A DNA stretch of 63,802 nt, the filler included, from Klebsormidium nitens (taxonomy: Eukaryota > Plantae > Klebsormidiophyceae), in assembly GCA_000708835.1 (NCBI GenBank). It is 8 parts of 8 records of this genome, joined end to end, with 100 filler letters (N's around TTAATTAATTAA, not from the genome) between each part and the next. Parts side by side here need not be neighbours in the genome. Positions count along the whole stretch, not along the records: positions 34,119 to 49,629 come from DF238033.1; positions 49,730 to 55,171 come from DF238422.1; positions 55,272 to 58,712 come from DF238579.1; 5 more parts are not named here. One strand, written 5' to 3'. The translations under genes were made by a program, and so were the position numbers. Position 1 is the first letter of the stretch. Every line of letters begins with the position of its first letter. Shown here piece after piece: positions 47,301-58,586 of the stretch. The notes below the pieces were generated by a model. That model ran no database searches. It was given only the letters and a program-made list of their open reading frames with translations, and had not been told where the DNA came from.

Positions 47301-48733
47301 CGAAGTAATCTGAGATGCAGGGAGATTTCCGACAGAAGAGGCCGATATAGATCCACTTGGCAGAGAAACTGTCCCTCCAGAGATTGTCAGGCCGTTGGAT
47401 CCAGTGATAGAGCCACCTACGCTGATATTGCTCGAGAGGTAAGCATTCCTCCACGCGGTACCGGACGCCCCCAGGTCGCATGTTGCCGTGGCTGATGGGT
47501 TGAGCTGCCCGCTGGTGATGCTGCCACTGAGAATGGCACCAGAATTGGATGAACCGATGACAGTCCACGTGGGGTTGCCCGAGACTGCAGAGTCTGAGAA
47601 TGAAAAGTTGTTGAAGGCAGTGGTGACAGTGCCCGAAGAGAATTCTGACTGCATATTTAAGAGGCTCAGGACCGAGGATGTCACGAGGGTGCCGGTTGGA
47701 GCTGTGCTGGCCGTCGAGGTGGGTTCGTAGAGGGTCGTACCGAAGCCCCCCTCGATGCTGAGGTCCCATACCGAGAACTGTGCGGGGTTGTAATAGTAGA
47801 CGCTGTACTGCCCGTTTGTCTCTATGTACACGACAATATCAGCGTGCTGCTTGGCCCCTGAGATGAAGCCTTGGATCGTGCCTCGCACGTAAAAGTTGCC
47901 TCGAGAGACTATGGTGCAGTCGATCGTCGCCGTCTGCGAGTTCCCGAAACCACCGAGCTGTCCAACGATCCGAAGACCCTGTGCGCTGCCAGTGTTGCCG
48001 CTATCGAGCAGAGTTGCCTGTTTGAAGTAGCTGTTGGCCGCTATGGACTGGATTCCGAGCGCCCCTGCGTTCCACACCTTCCGCTGCAGACCGACATAAT
48101 TACTCGCCGTTATCGTTCCCGACAGATATGCGTGATTCCAGAAGCACCCAGGTCATACGTAGCACTCGACGTCGGGTTGAGTTGCCCACTGGTGATCGAC
48201 CCCGTGCCGGCATTGATGTTGCTGTTTCCCGTGCTGATGGTCGTGCAAGTCAGGGCCCCAGCCCCCAGGGTTCCGGTAGTGCTGATATTCGTACTACCGA
48301 ACGAGCCCACCGAAAACGCGCCTGAAGTGATCTGGGATGCGGGTATGTTGCCCACTGAGGAGGCCGTAATGGACCCATTCGGCAATGAAACGGAGCCTGC
48401 TGAGACAGTCAGCCCGTTGGATGCCGTCAAGAGGCCCGTCACTGAGAGGTTTGAGCTGAAGTTTCCGGTACTTGCAAAGACGTTTGACCACTGACTCGAG
48501 GATGTCCCCAGGGAAAACGCGTTGGTTGCATTTGGCGTCACAGAAGTGCCAAAGGAACCCACAGAGAAGACCCCCGAAGTCAGATTTGAGGCAGACAAGT
48601 TGGGGATGTTTGAGGATGCCAGCACGCCGGAGAGGGATGCTGCCGAGACAGACCCAGCTGGCAGACTCACAGTTCCCGAAGGAACGGTCAGCCCATTAGC
48701 CGTCAGGGTATTGGCATAGAGATTGAAGGACAT
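41376..48733 (-). pseudogene. Giant fibre/spike gene (~2,450 codons) with PA14 domain and C-terminal peptidase-S74 intramolecular chaperone, disrupted by one frameshift (~48140) and two in-frame TAGs (44804-44802, 43484-43482)
   Basis: ORFs 44802-48077, 43482-44753 and 41376-43424 are in the same frame, with fibre-like sense codons bridging the stops (16 and 19 codons). The 48110-48733 ORF continues in a shifted frame as WNHAYLSGTITASNYVGLQRKVWN. PA14 motif: ISGYINIP...YTFSSVGVDDSLRWYIDG. S74 motif: TSDARLKSNVQPI...GFIAQEV..VFPEWV...LVEAVKEL plus coiled coil. Confidence 0.85.
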
Positions 48734-48800
48734 CCTCCTTCCTACTAGCAGGCAAGATATAATCACAAGGCACTTAGGAGTGTGTTGAAACAAGACTTCC

Positions 48801-49265
48801 ATGGCGCCCCCCTCGTTTTTGAAGAGCTGTCACGTCGCATGCATCATGGACACCGACCGGGCTCAGGTCTCAAAGTACAAGGTCCAGCTCCCAATCATGT
48901 GGAAGCGCGCTTACAGGGCTCGCTTCAACATGGACCTGCTTGAGGAAGCACGGAAGGTGGCGTTGGATGTGCAAGGAGTTCATCAAGCGGTAGTCGTAGG
49001 CCGTTCACTGCTAGTGTATGTCCGGGCCCCTCACATGGCTGAAGAGCTCATGAACGAGATAAGCGTCGAGAGGGCGCTGCGCGAAGCGGCTGTGACTTGG
49101 GAGCGCGAGGCACACGTGTGCAACAGCCTGCAGTGGGCCATCATCTCAAGGTTCTTGAAGGATGACGAGTTCAAGACTCACGCCTTCATTGCTTATACTT
49201 CCAAGCATGGCTTTGAAGCAGCCATGAGAGCACTGTACAATGTCAGGAACTGGATGCCTCAATGA
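48801..49265 (+). CDS. Intronless hypothetical protein (154 aa), divergent from the giant fibre gene
   Basis: Open frame starting 67 bp from the fibre ATG; no recognisable motif. Confidence 0.5.
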   Translation: MAPPSFLKSCHVACIMDTDRAQVSKYKVQLPIMWKRAYRARFNMDLLEEARKVALDVQGVHQAVVVGRSLLVYVRAPHMAEELMNEISVERALREAAVTWEREAHVCNSLQWAIISRFLKDDEFKTHAFIAYTSKHGFEAAMRALYNVRNWMPQ

Positions 49266-51248
49266 TGCGTCCTGCCTGGTCCGTTTGATTTCTGGCACAC
49301 CATCAGGAACGAGATGGTCAAGATCATCGAACCGCCCTTGCAGAGAGTGCTGCTTGTCTCCACACACGTTGGGCAAACAACTGGATGTGAAAGTTTGCAC
49401 GTGGGCTAACATGCTTGAAAGGTTGAGAAGGTTGACAACGGTAGAAACCAGGTCTGTGTCGAAGTTGAAGGAACTGGAGGAATTTGTACAAAAGGTGAAG
49501 GAACAGGAGATATACAACGTTATGATAATCCTGACGTCTTGAAACTTGCCTGCATGTGTTGTGTTGTGTTGTGAACATCACCCGCAAAGCCTGTCAACCT
49601 CTTGCGTTCAGATGGACCGCTTCATTAGTNNNNNNNNNNNNNNNNNNNNNNNNNNNNNNNNNNNNNNNNNNNNTTAATTAATTAANNNNNNNNNNNNNNN
49701 NNNNNNNNNNNNNNNNNNNNNNNNNNNNNGTCTCTTATCTGAATCAGTCCGACTCAGCACTGCCTAAACCATCACTGAATCTAAGCCGTCGATAAAGTAT
49801 CACTCAGTTATCGAGGTTATACTTCTGGTTATATCTGACCTCTGACTAACCGAGCTGAGTGCAATCTAGCCATCATAGAGTTCAACTTCTAACAATGACT
49901 AGCGAGCGCCAAAGAGACATTCATTGGTGCGTCCCCGAGGCGCGCTTCTGGGAGGTCGGGAAGTTCAATGTATACTATGGAAATGAAGCACGGGTTGACC
50001 CAATTTATTGCGCGGCCGCGATGGTGGTAACAGTACCCACGTGGCGTGAGCGTGAAAAGGAGAGCGAGAAGTGATTACGCTTGCCAGTGGCTGGTTACCT
50101 CACTCTAAAAAGAAGCTGAGTTTGTTGTCGAAGTCGTGAGCGAAAAACTTTATATGCGCACCTAGTGAGCTTTTAAATGAGACTTTACTAAGCTGACTAC
50201 AGGCGTCAGTCTGCAGATTATTGCAGCAGCATATGTATTCAGGTTCTCAATCGTCTTCTTTTGTATCTTTTATTACAGAATGCTGCATATAAGCAAAGCC
50301 CTCGCAGATGGAATTGTAAGAGTAGCATGACCATAATAGCATGATTTGGTCATGATGCTGCACGGCAAAAACAAAGTGAACGCGCGAATGAAATCCTACA
50401 GGAGCATGCGGAGTCGGCCTCTATTTTACCGACGATTTTCACCCCCCGAATCTGTGAAGCTTAATTAACAATGTCTCTATATCAATCAATTTTAATGCAG
50501 ACTTAAGGTGTGAAAATCTCCTCAAATTTTGAGATTCGATCAAATCAAAATTATCTGGCTTTCTTTGTCCTTTTTGCACCACTGTGGCTCATAGGACGCG
50601 CCTCGACTTCGACAGCCTAGCTTCGCAATCGTTAAAAAGGTCCTGGCAGATCGTCGTCGACCTCGCTTCACATAAGGCCTTTGCGGTCGCCGGCGATCGC
50701 AGATAATGTAGATACTTCGTGAGGCTCGCATGCGCCACCTTAATTATCAACTCATTTATGAAGATCTTGGAGGTCACCGCGTACGATCTCGGCAGAACAA
50801 GATATGATCGCCCCCCGTGTTGTGGACAAACGAACCCATACAAATGCAAAGACTTGTCGACGCGGTCGAGTCACTTGCAGTTTATCAAGCACCACCTTGC
50901 GCATGGTGATTCCATATAAGCTAGATGCGTACGTGGTGCACATTGAACGTGATTAACCGTGCATCCATGCGATTGGACCAATGTCTTTTGATGCAGTTCT
51001 ACCGGATCATTATCCTGGTAGGCCCGACCTCGAACATGCTTCTGAGTCTCTACTCATAATCCGGCAACCAACGCAAACCTGATGCAAGATTTGGAGCCCG
51101 GACAGGTTAGACCGTTCGAGCTGTGGCATCTACTTATCGGATGGCATGTCGAAATCTTAATAGATCATCATGTTGTGCTGTTGGTAAGCGCAGTAGTAAC
51201 CGCTTCATCTAGGATAGCAATCCCGTGATCAAGGAAGATTAGCGATTA

Positions 51249-54200
51249 TTATACACCCGTCTTCCTTGCTTCCCACTCTTCAAACGTACGCTTGGGGTCC
51301 TTGTGGTCAACATCCGAATGGATTGGATAATCCCATGGCAAGTCGTCGAAGGCCAGAGAAGGCTGCCCTGGCAGCTTCTCAATTGCGGCCAAAACATGCT
51401 TGAAGACGACGGCGCTGCCCTTCTCCGTGAAGTGAAGGCCGTCACTGCGCACACAACAGAAAACGGCATTCTGATACAATCTCGATATTCCAGAACTTGC
51501 TAAAAGGGCGGCCGCGAGACACGCCTCTCAACTACCTCTTGCACTCTTTCAACGTTTGTAAAAGCCAGGGAATCGAACCGATGCACACAGAGGTTGGCAC
51601 CTTTCGGGGCCAGTTGCTCGGGCGACTCGTCGTCCAACTCACTTGAGATACTCCGCCCAGTTGTCGTCTTGCTGGAAGATGGTCCAAAGGTCCACAATGG
51701 AGACCCCGGTCGCTTCCCCCACCTCCCGGCAGGCGGCCGCATATAAACCCGTGTGCTCGTTGGTGCGTTCCGGCTCCCACTCGTCTCCGGCGCCATACGC
51801 TTCCCTGAGGGGTTGCAAATGGACTCTGTAAGCTTCGCTCTCGACTCAGGTTGTGCTTGGGCGTTGGGAATAAGATGTGTTCCGCTGTTTTAGATCGTTG
51901 TACGTGCCTTCGATTCAGATCGTTATAATTGCCTTGGATTCAGATCGTTGTAACTGCCTTCGATTTAGATCGTTGTGATCGCCTTCGATTCATACATTGT
52001 ATGTGCGTTCGACGAGTCCTGAAAACCTGACCCGTGCGTGAACCCTGAACCCAGACCGATACGGGAGATACTAGAGACATTGAGAAGACATGAATGCGAA
52101 GAGCTTCGAGCAACGACTTCCAAAAAGAACAGCTTCTCAGTCCCCGCCGTCGCAGTCGACGCTCCTGCTTTTTGTGACTGCTCAACAGTTCCACACCTCA
52201 AGCATCTTGCTTATCGCTCAGACTCGGTCCCAAATGTTGCACTCCGCAATACCCTTTGCCACCTTGCGGGAACGGCTATAAGTATCAGATGCCAGCCGAA
52301 ACCTTATCTCATCATATGGGGCAAGGAAAAAAGGTCCGTTTAGAATATTCGAGGCACAATCTTATCTGTGCTCCTTAAATCCTCGTTGTCAGGTAGTTTA
52401 CGGATCTGGACATTTCTGTGAGAGAGAGTCTGAGACAGGGTGCATACGTTGCGTAGCGTTTCCTTCCTGGAATGTCCACTGGAGGCGGCGCTATAAGGAC
52501 GACTCGTGTTTTCTTGGAAAGTTGCTGCAGAGCGGATTTTACTGTCAGTCAACTCTCCTTTGAAAAGGGACAACACAACCCTCACACGGATATGAAGGCC
52601 AACAGTCAGTTGCGACCGTCGGATTCTTACAAGACAAATTCACAGTTGCCAGAGCTAACCAGCCAAGGCCAACTCAACTGCGTTGGGATAGATTCCGGGG
52701 AAGTTCGAATTAGACTAACCAAAACCGCTCAGAGAAGACGACTCTGGGTCGTCCTTTCTTTCATGGCGGAAGTAAATGATAGCGACAGTGATCTGTCCTG
52801 TTCCTCAGCCACTCCAATCATTAGCTGTGCGCCTGCTTCCGACTGGCCTACATGATGACCATAGGCGGCTTCTTTCTGTGTTTTACAGTCACTACCTCGA
52901 AAAGTGTTTTGAGGTTTAGCCGAGGGGACCATCAACAATTCTACTGCATGGAGATAAGACCGCTCAGGACCACCGCAAGCTCAAAAGGACCCAGGAAAGC
53001 CTGACATGATCATCCTGCGAAACAGACACGCTGTACTTACGGTTAAATGCTGCACAAACTCAGACAGGCGATGCTTGTACTCAGGAATAGGTACATGCTG
53101 GCTGGCACTGAGCTTGTCTGGCAGCGCTGCATCGTTCGCGCCAAAGAAGATGGTCACGAGCGCAGGGGCCGGCAGGCTGCTATCCTGCAGCAGCAATAAG
53201 CTATGGCGCTCAAAGTCTTATAATGTAGAGAGAGTTCAGACGACTCACTTGAACATGCCTGATCATAAGGAGGATATTGTGCTTGTATTCATCGAGCGGG
53301 ACATGATACTTGGCCTTGTCTTGATCAGCCAGAGCCGCATCGTTGGTGCCGAAAAAGATGGTGACCAAAGCGGGGGAGGGAATGGAGGACACCTGGAGGG
53401 TCAACACAAGCGCTCTGAGCACAGTGCTGACGAGTGATCGATTGACTGATCATTTCTCCTATTAATCTGCCGAGTCAATCAGCAGTGTTTGGGTTACTTA
53501 GGCACAAGTGTCATGGTAGTGCTCCCCATGTGCAGAAGAATTGCGTTCTAGCTATGACACTGTGGACTTGGCTTTCCCAACTAAAACTCTTAAATCAGGT
53601 GCTTGGCTGTTTGCCTCCTCTGCCAAAACAAACGTCCCAGAAGGGCCAGAATCTTACCAGGGGGAAGACCTTCGGAAGCACATAAGAGGCCCACCGAGTG
53701 TTATAACCGCTGTAACCTCTGTTCACAACGTCCGCCTGAAGAAAAAAGTTTTTCACGAGCCAAGGATTAAAAGTAGGACACAGAGAGTATCCGCCAGCCT
53801 TCATAATTAAGACGATACTGATTTCATTAAAGTTCCAGCAAAGGATGATCATGTCAGCATCAAGCCCTTCTTTGTCATTGTAAGGGCTTGCGAACTACTC
53901 TGATCCTGAGCAGAGACTTAACCTTGCAGTCTCCAGAAGAAAAGGAGGAGCCTTTTCCTGCAGCCTCACCTTTCGTGCATATCTGTCCTGTAGTGCAGCC
54001 CCCCAACCCCCCGGCTCAAATGCACGTTGGCTGAGGGAGTCGCCAAACAACACGAACCGTGGCCGCACATCCATTGCAGGCAACACTAGGGGCTTGCTCT
54101 CTTTCACTGTTAAGTAGCAGGCGGGGTGCGAGACCAGACTGATGATTGTGGAGATCAGCCACCCAGCAAGAAGCCAACCAAAGGGGCGCAGAGAAGTGCG

Positions 54201-54320
54201 CACCGCACTGCCTATCGATGCAGTTCGCCTGAGACTCTTCTGACGGTGGATTTGTCCGGGGGAAGGTTTGGGTGGAAGAGAAGAGGAGGAGCTAGGGTCA
54301 GGGCGACCGAGATCTAGCAT
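51249..54320 (-). CDS. IAH1/CPRD49-like SGNH (GDSL) hydrolase; exons 54320(or 54074)-53970, 53735-53658, [53392-53249 or 53184-53041], 52524-52448, 51804-51643, 51444-51249
   Basis: Block I FVLFGDSLSQ, block II ADVVNRGYSGYNTRW, block III VTIFFG(T/A)NDA, VVLIAPPPVD, block V NDGLHFT. Splice phases are consistent. An optional 82-aa N-terminal extension carries a hydrophobic segment. Confidence 0.9.
51888..51991 (+). repeat. ~25-bp minisatellite, ~4 copies, intronic
   Basis: GATT(C/T)AGATCGTT(G/A)T....GCCTT(C/G) repeated. Confidence 0.8.
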
Positions 54321-55290
54321 TGTCTGAGCATGGTGACCAGATGTATCTGCAAGACAAAAGGGAGTGCCAACCTGTTTCGACCTCATTCCCTGAGCTACTG
54401 GTCAGGGCAGAAATGGAGCATTTTAAGGTCCTTGAATTGCTCATACCGGTACTTGAATACTCGAAATTGAAGGTGGTCCGACCAATAGACTGAATGTGCG
54501 CCTTCAGATCGTTTGTGCGGCTTCCTGACAGTCATTTCTAGCTGAAATGTGATCGATTCCTGATGTGTTACAGCACTGCTGATCAATCCTGACTTCATAT
54601 GCTTGAAGATTGTTTGATCATTGTTGGGGCTCTGCTTGAAAATAAATTGCTTTACTGCATGTCTCAAACTGTGTTTGTCATCAGCGAGCAGCGACACCAT
54701 GTGAAACTTGCGTACACATAAAAAGGCATTGCGGGCAGCTTGCCTGACCCCAGCAACTCACCTTGGAAACATCAGCGATTTTGCAAGTTGAGCTGCCAAT
54801 GTGCATTTGCATGTTCCAAACCCCGCCTGCAGCCAATCTTAACGTATCGTGGACTACGACTAACTGACGGTCACAAGGCCCGCTGCAAAGTAGGGAGGTC
54901 AATATGCAGGTGCTCGACCAGCACAACGGCAATTCTCAATGCTCAATCCAGGTTCAGTGCTCCTGCTTGGTTTGGAAATTGCATCTTTCACGCAATTGAG
55001 CTGGCTCTAGAGTCTAGGCTCGAGCCTCCTCAGAGAGCCAACTAGACCGGGTTCTTTTGACGTAGGTCGTCACAAAACCTATTAGAAGAATGCGACCCTG
55101 CCGTCCGATCGTGCAGACCGCCCTTCGATGACCAGATATCTCATGCAGACTTTAAGCACTGAGAATGCTCANNNNNNNNNNNNNNNNNNNNNNNNNNNNN
55201 NNNNNNNNNNNNNNNTTAATTAATTAANNNNNNNNNNNNNNNNNNNNNNNNNNNNNNNNNNNNNNNNNNNNAGGTATAGCGCTCTCCGAA

Positions 55291-55400
55291 GCCTCTAGCA
55301 TTGTTCTCAAGGTACTAAACGTCTTGGGCAACCCCGCAAGCACGCTCCATGCCAACTCATCCGGCTTCATCTCAAAACCGTGGGCGACTAAATCCCTGTT
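55291..55400 (-). mobile_element. Copia gag fragment (third copy of the family)
   Basis: GTCTTGGGCAA.C.CGCAAGCACGCTCCA.GCCAA..CATCCGGCTTCATCTCAAAACCG matches 22345-22405. Confidence 0.8.
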
Positions 55401-56512
55401 AAATCATTCAGTCATGCTTGTCACAAGCTAGGGTCTAATCACCCATGCTCATAAGCGCCTGCCAACACAAAGAAGCGCCTTCCTCTCTTCAAGCATCATT
55501 TAGAATGAAATCTCATCACATGGCATTAATCCAAAGTCAGTCCAATCCCGTAGCTAGGTGTACTCTAGCCTCAGTCGGGTCTACTTCCACCACCCACTAG
55601 TCATCTCAACTATATGGACTCCATCAACCGGTCACTCTACGACTTACAATGCGGCCTACGTTCCACTCGAACTTGTGACCGGGGCACTATACTACTAGTG
55701 GTCGGTTGTACCGTACTACTAATGGTCGGGGTACTATACTATGGGGAATGACGTCGGCGTCGACGATCGGTGAGCACGTATTGACTGTCATAACGTTCCG
55801 GATGAAAGGCTGTGAGGAGGCTTGAAGTGTCACCACGTTTGCGATCTGCAAACGGCAGCCACGAGATCATAGATCGGCCCCTAAACCAGCGCAGCTTTCG
55901 CAATTGAGGCCGGGCAGCTCGTAAAAGGCCAGCGGCTGCTTCCTGCCGACAACACGCTTCGGCCGAGCCTATGTATGTGCAACAAAAAACAGGGTCGGAT
56001 TGGCCCTAAAATAATAACCAGAGTCTGGACGCTTTTTGCTTACTTCTTAACAAGCCTTTGACGACCTTGGCAAGAGATTGTGATCTATCACCGACTACGC
56101 TCGCCCGAGGCTGCTTAGCGCCCGATAGCATGAGTCCTGCGTCTCGTTCCTTACCTCAATCCGGCCGTTCGAGCGTGCGCAATCAACATTTAAGGTAGAC
56201 GGGCCTTCAAGCAAATGAACAGATCAAAAACGAGAAGCTTTGCATCTTAGATATCTGCATGCGCACGACAATTGCGAAAACAACGGTAATAAGAGAGCGG
56301 TACTTCGAATGGGAGTGAGACATGATATCATCGCTGCGCTAATGTGCTTCGATTGAAAGGAGAGTTTAAGCGGCCGGGAATGATGCTGATTTGTTCAACT
56401 GTTTTGAAGTTGTTTTCCTGGAGTCAATTGCATGTCTAGGTTGGTAATGGAATCATGGAAAAGGTATTGAAATAGGAACGCGGTCGAGCCAAGAATCTGA
56501 TGTGAGGCCCAC

Positions 56513-58029
56513 CTGGATAATGGAGTCAACTTCGGGAGTTGGGAAAATGTCTTTCAGTATGTGGCACTCGATGTCGAAGCTGAGTATCCGGAACGGGGCC
56601 AGAGGGGGATCGATCGCTGGTGCGCCGCTCGCTGGGGGGTTGATCAGCTTATTGTACATAACATGTCAGCCTACATAAATAGAGGTATTTCTGGCTTTAT
56701 AGATTCTAGTAACACACGTTTTTGCATGATAAAAAGGTGTTTAGCGCGTCCGCACCAAAGTCACTATCTTCCAAAGGATGTCATCTTTTTTAAGATGTTT
56801 AGTTCACGGTGTTGGCAAAAGGAAGTCGACCGATATTGATATCCTTTGTCATCCATTTCTAAATGGTTCAAAATTGAAAGAATTTACTTGCATCATCAAT
56901 TACACCAGACAAGTGCAAACTGGCTTGCAGAACGGCAGCTTGCTAAACTGGGTCGTTAATCGGATGAACGTCGGCAAAGGGGTTGCGTGCGGTGATGCCC
57001 AATCCTTTGAAAGTGAAAAAGTCAGAAGTTGAGATCTCTAGCTTTTGCTGTTTCCAGTTCGCACCGTTCCTAAAGAGGCTTGAATCATTTGCATCAACAT
57101 GTCCGATAAGGCTATGGTTAGACACGTCCTCTTCCTCCGGTCTGATAGTCTTCACTTTCTGTGCATTTGTCTTAAGGTCGACTTGGTGTGTTTATCAAAC
57201 CCACCTCAATCTGGCACAAGGAGCGCGTTGATGCAGTATTCAGGCAATAGCATCCAACAGGAAGCTCGACCCAGTTGCAGCCCACGATGTTGCACTCCCT
57301 CTTAAAGCGCAGCAAAAAAGCTCTGTCTTCTGCTCCGTTCGTCTGGGTAGAAAGAGAGCTCCCATTCGCCATCGGCCCGTGCTCAATGGCACCTGCACGA
57401 ACGGAAATAAAGGTTCTTGGAACCCTTTTGAGTATCGAAATTAGGAAAGTCACTCAAAGCGTTCAGGTGCATTTCGTAAGCTTCCGTCTCCTTCCGCTCG
57501 TCTATCGTTACGTTACAGCAATTTTCCAGTTTCTGTTTACACTTGTATAGGTAGATTAGGCTAGATGCAAACGCCACTCCTTTGTCTTTGCCCTCTGATG
57601 TCTGCTTTGCGTTGCTTCCATGTATTCGTCTGGGAGGCTTGATTTGAAAATTAGTGCTAGTCCTGGCCGGGCCGTTTCACTGACTGTTCTTCATACTGAC
57701 GAGTGGTGGCTTGTCGTATCCAGAGGCTGCGGATACGAGGCTTCGAACCAGGCCGGCATGTAAGGTGGATCAATTTATCCAAGCGGTACACAACGAGCAA
57801 AGCAACTGCAATCATTGAAATTTCTTGGATCCGGCTGATTGCTAATCCAATCACAACCACAAACCAGTCCCCCACCTCTCAGTGTTTCCACCATTCTTGG
57901 GAGGGCCACAGTGATCTTGAGAAAGGAACGAAACCCCTTGTTGTCCAACATGTGCTCTACTTCGAGATCTAGCACGTGAGATCCGCCAGCTGCAAGGCCT
58001 TGTTGGCGTTCCACGTTGGCCAGCGCAGC
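56513..58029 (-). pseudogene. DNA polymerase delta catalytic subunit-like fragment (N-terminal domain to Exo I); exons 58029-57876, 57392-57205, 56670-56513
   Basis: FLKITVALPRMVETLRG; FLLRFKRECNIVGCNWVELP...SLCQIE; LAPFRILSFDIEC...IFPTPEVDSIIQ. Introns are GT-AG, the third exon has a 1-nt frameshift, and I found no further exons. Confidence 0.8.
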
Positions 58030-58586
58030 CTACAAGGCATGAAAAGCACAACCAGTCCCGGGCAAATTGTTTGATAGGCTTTTGCGTCATCGTACGCTGT
58101 CAAATTTCCATCGCACGGCCGCAGTTCACTTTGAGCCATTACATCGCAAATTCGGACCCGTCGAACGAAACTCACGAAGCTTTGCCTTAGGACTCAGGTG
58201 CAAAAAGTACGTTGCACTGCACTCGGGTATTGTCGTAATGCCTGGCTGAAATCTGAAAGTGGTCGGGAGTACCAAATTTCAGTGCGGCCGGGTTACGAAG
58301 GGCTGGATCCGGTAGGTACATATCGAAATTAAAATTCTTCACGGAACTCGGTGATTTCCGACTCGCCGAAAGGCCTCGTTTCCACTGAACACTGAGTTAC
58401 ACTCACTGCATCCCGAGGCTACAGGCCGCGCACGAGGCCCGTAGCCTCAACTTCACCGTCCGACTCCGACCTAAAATCGACCGGGCCTCGCGGGGAAGGC
58501 TGTACTACGGTTCTACTAGTAAAATAGGGTGCGTCGAGGCTGCAGCGGCCAATATCCGGGCCTCCGGGACAGCCATGAAGCGTTAC

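Larger units (their letters stand above)
34119..49629. mobile_element. Virus-like scaffold, probable fragment of an endogenised large DNA virus (Nucleocytoviricota or Polinton-like)
   Basis: Intronless and densely coding, unlike the host genes. Contains two giant fibre genes, a peptidase-S74 domain, an MSV199/AntA + T5orf172-type gene and a 67-bp divergent intergenic region. No capsid, packaging ATPase or polymerase is visible, so the class is not pinned down. Confidence 0.7.

Noticed and set aside
56513-58029. Family-B polymerase as the replicase of the viral island
   Set aside because: It has spliceosomal introns and Pol delta-specific motifs, and lies on a different scaffold.
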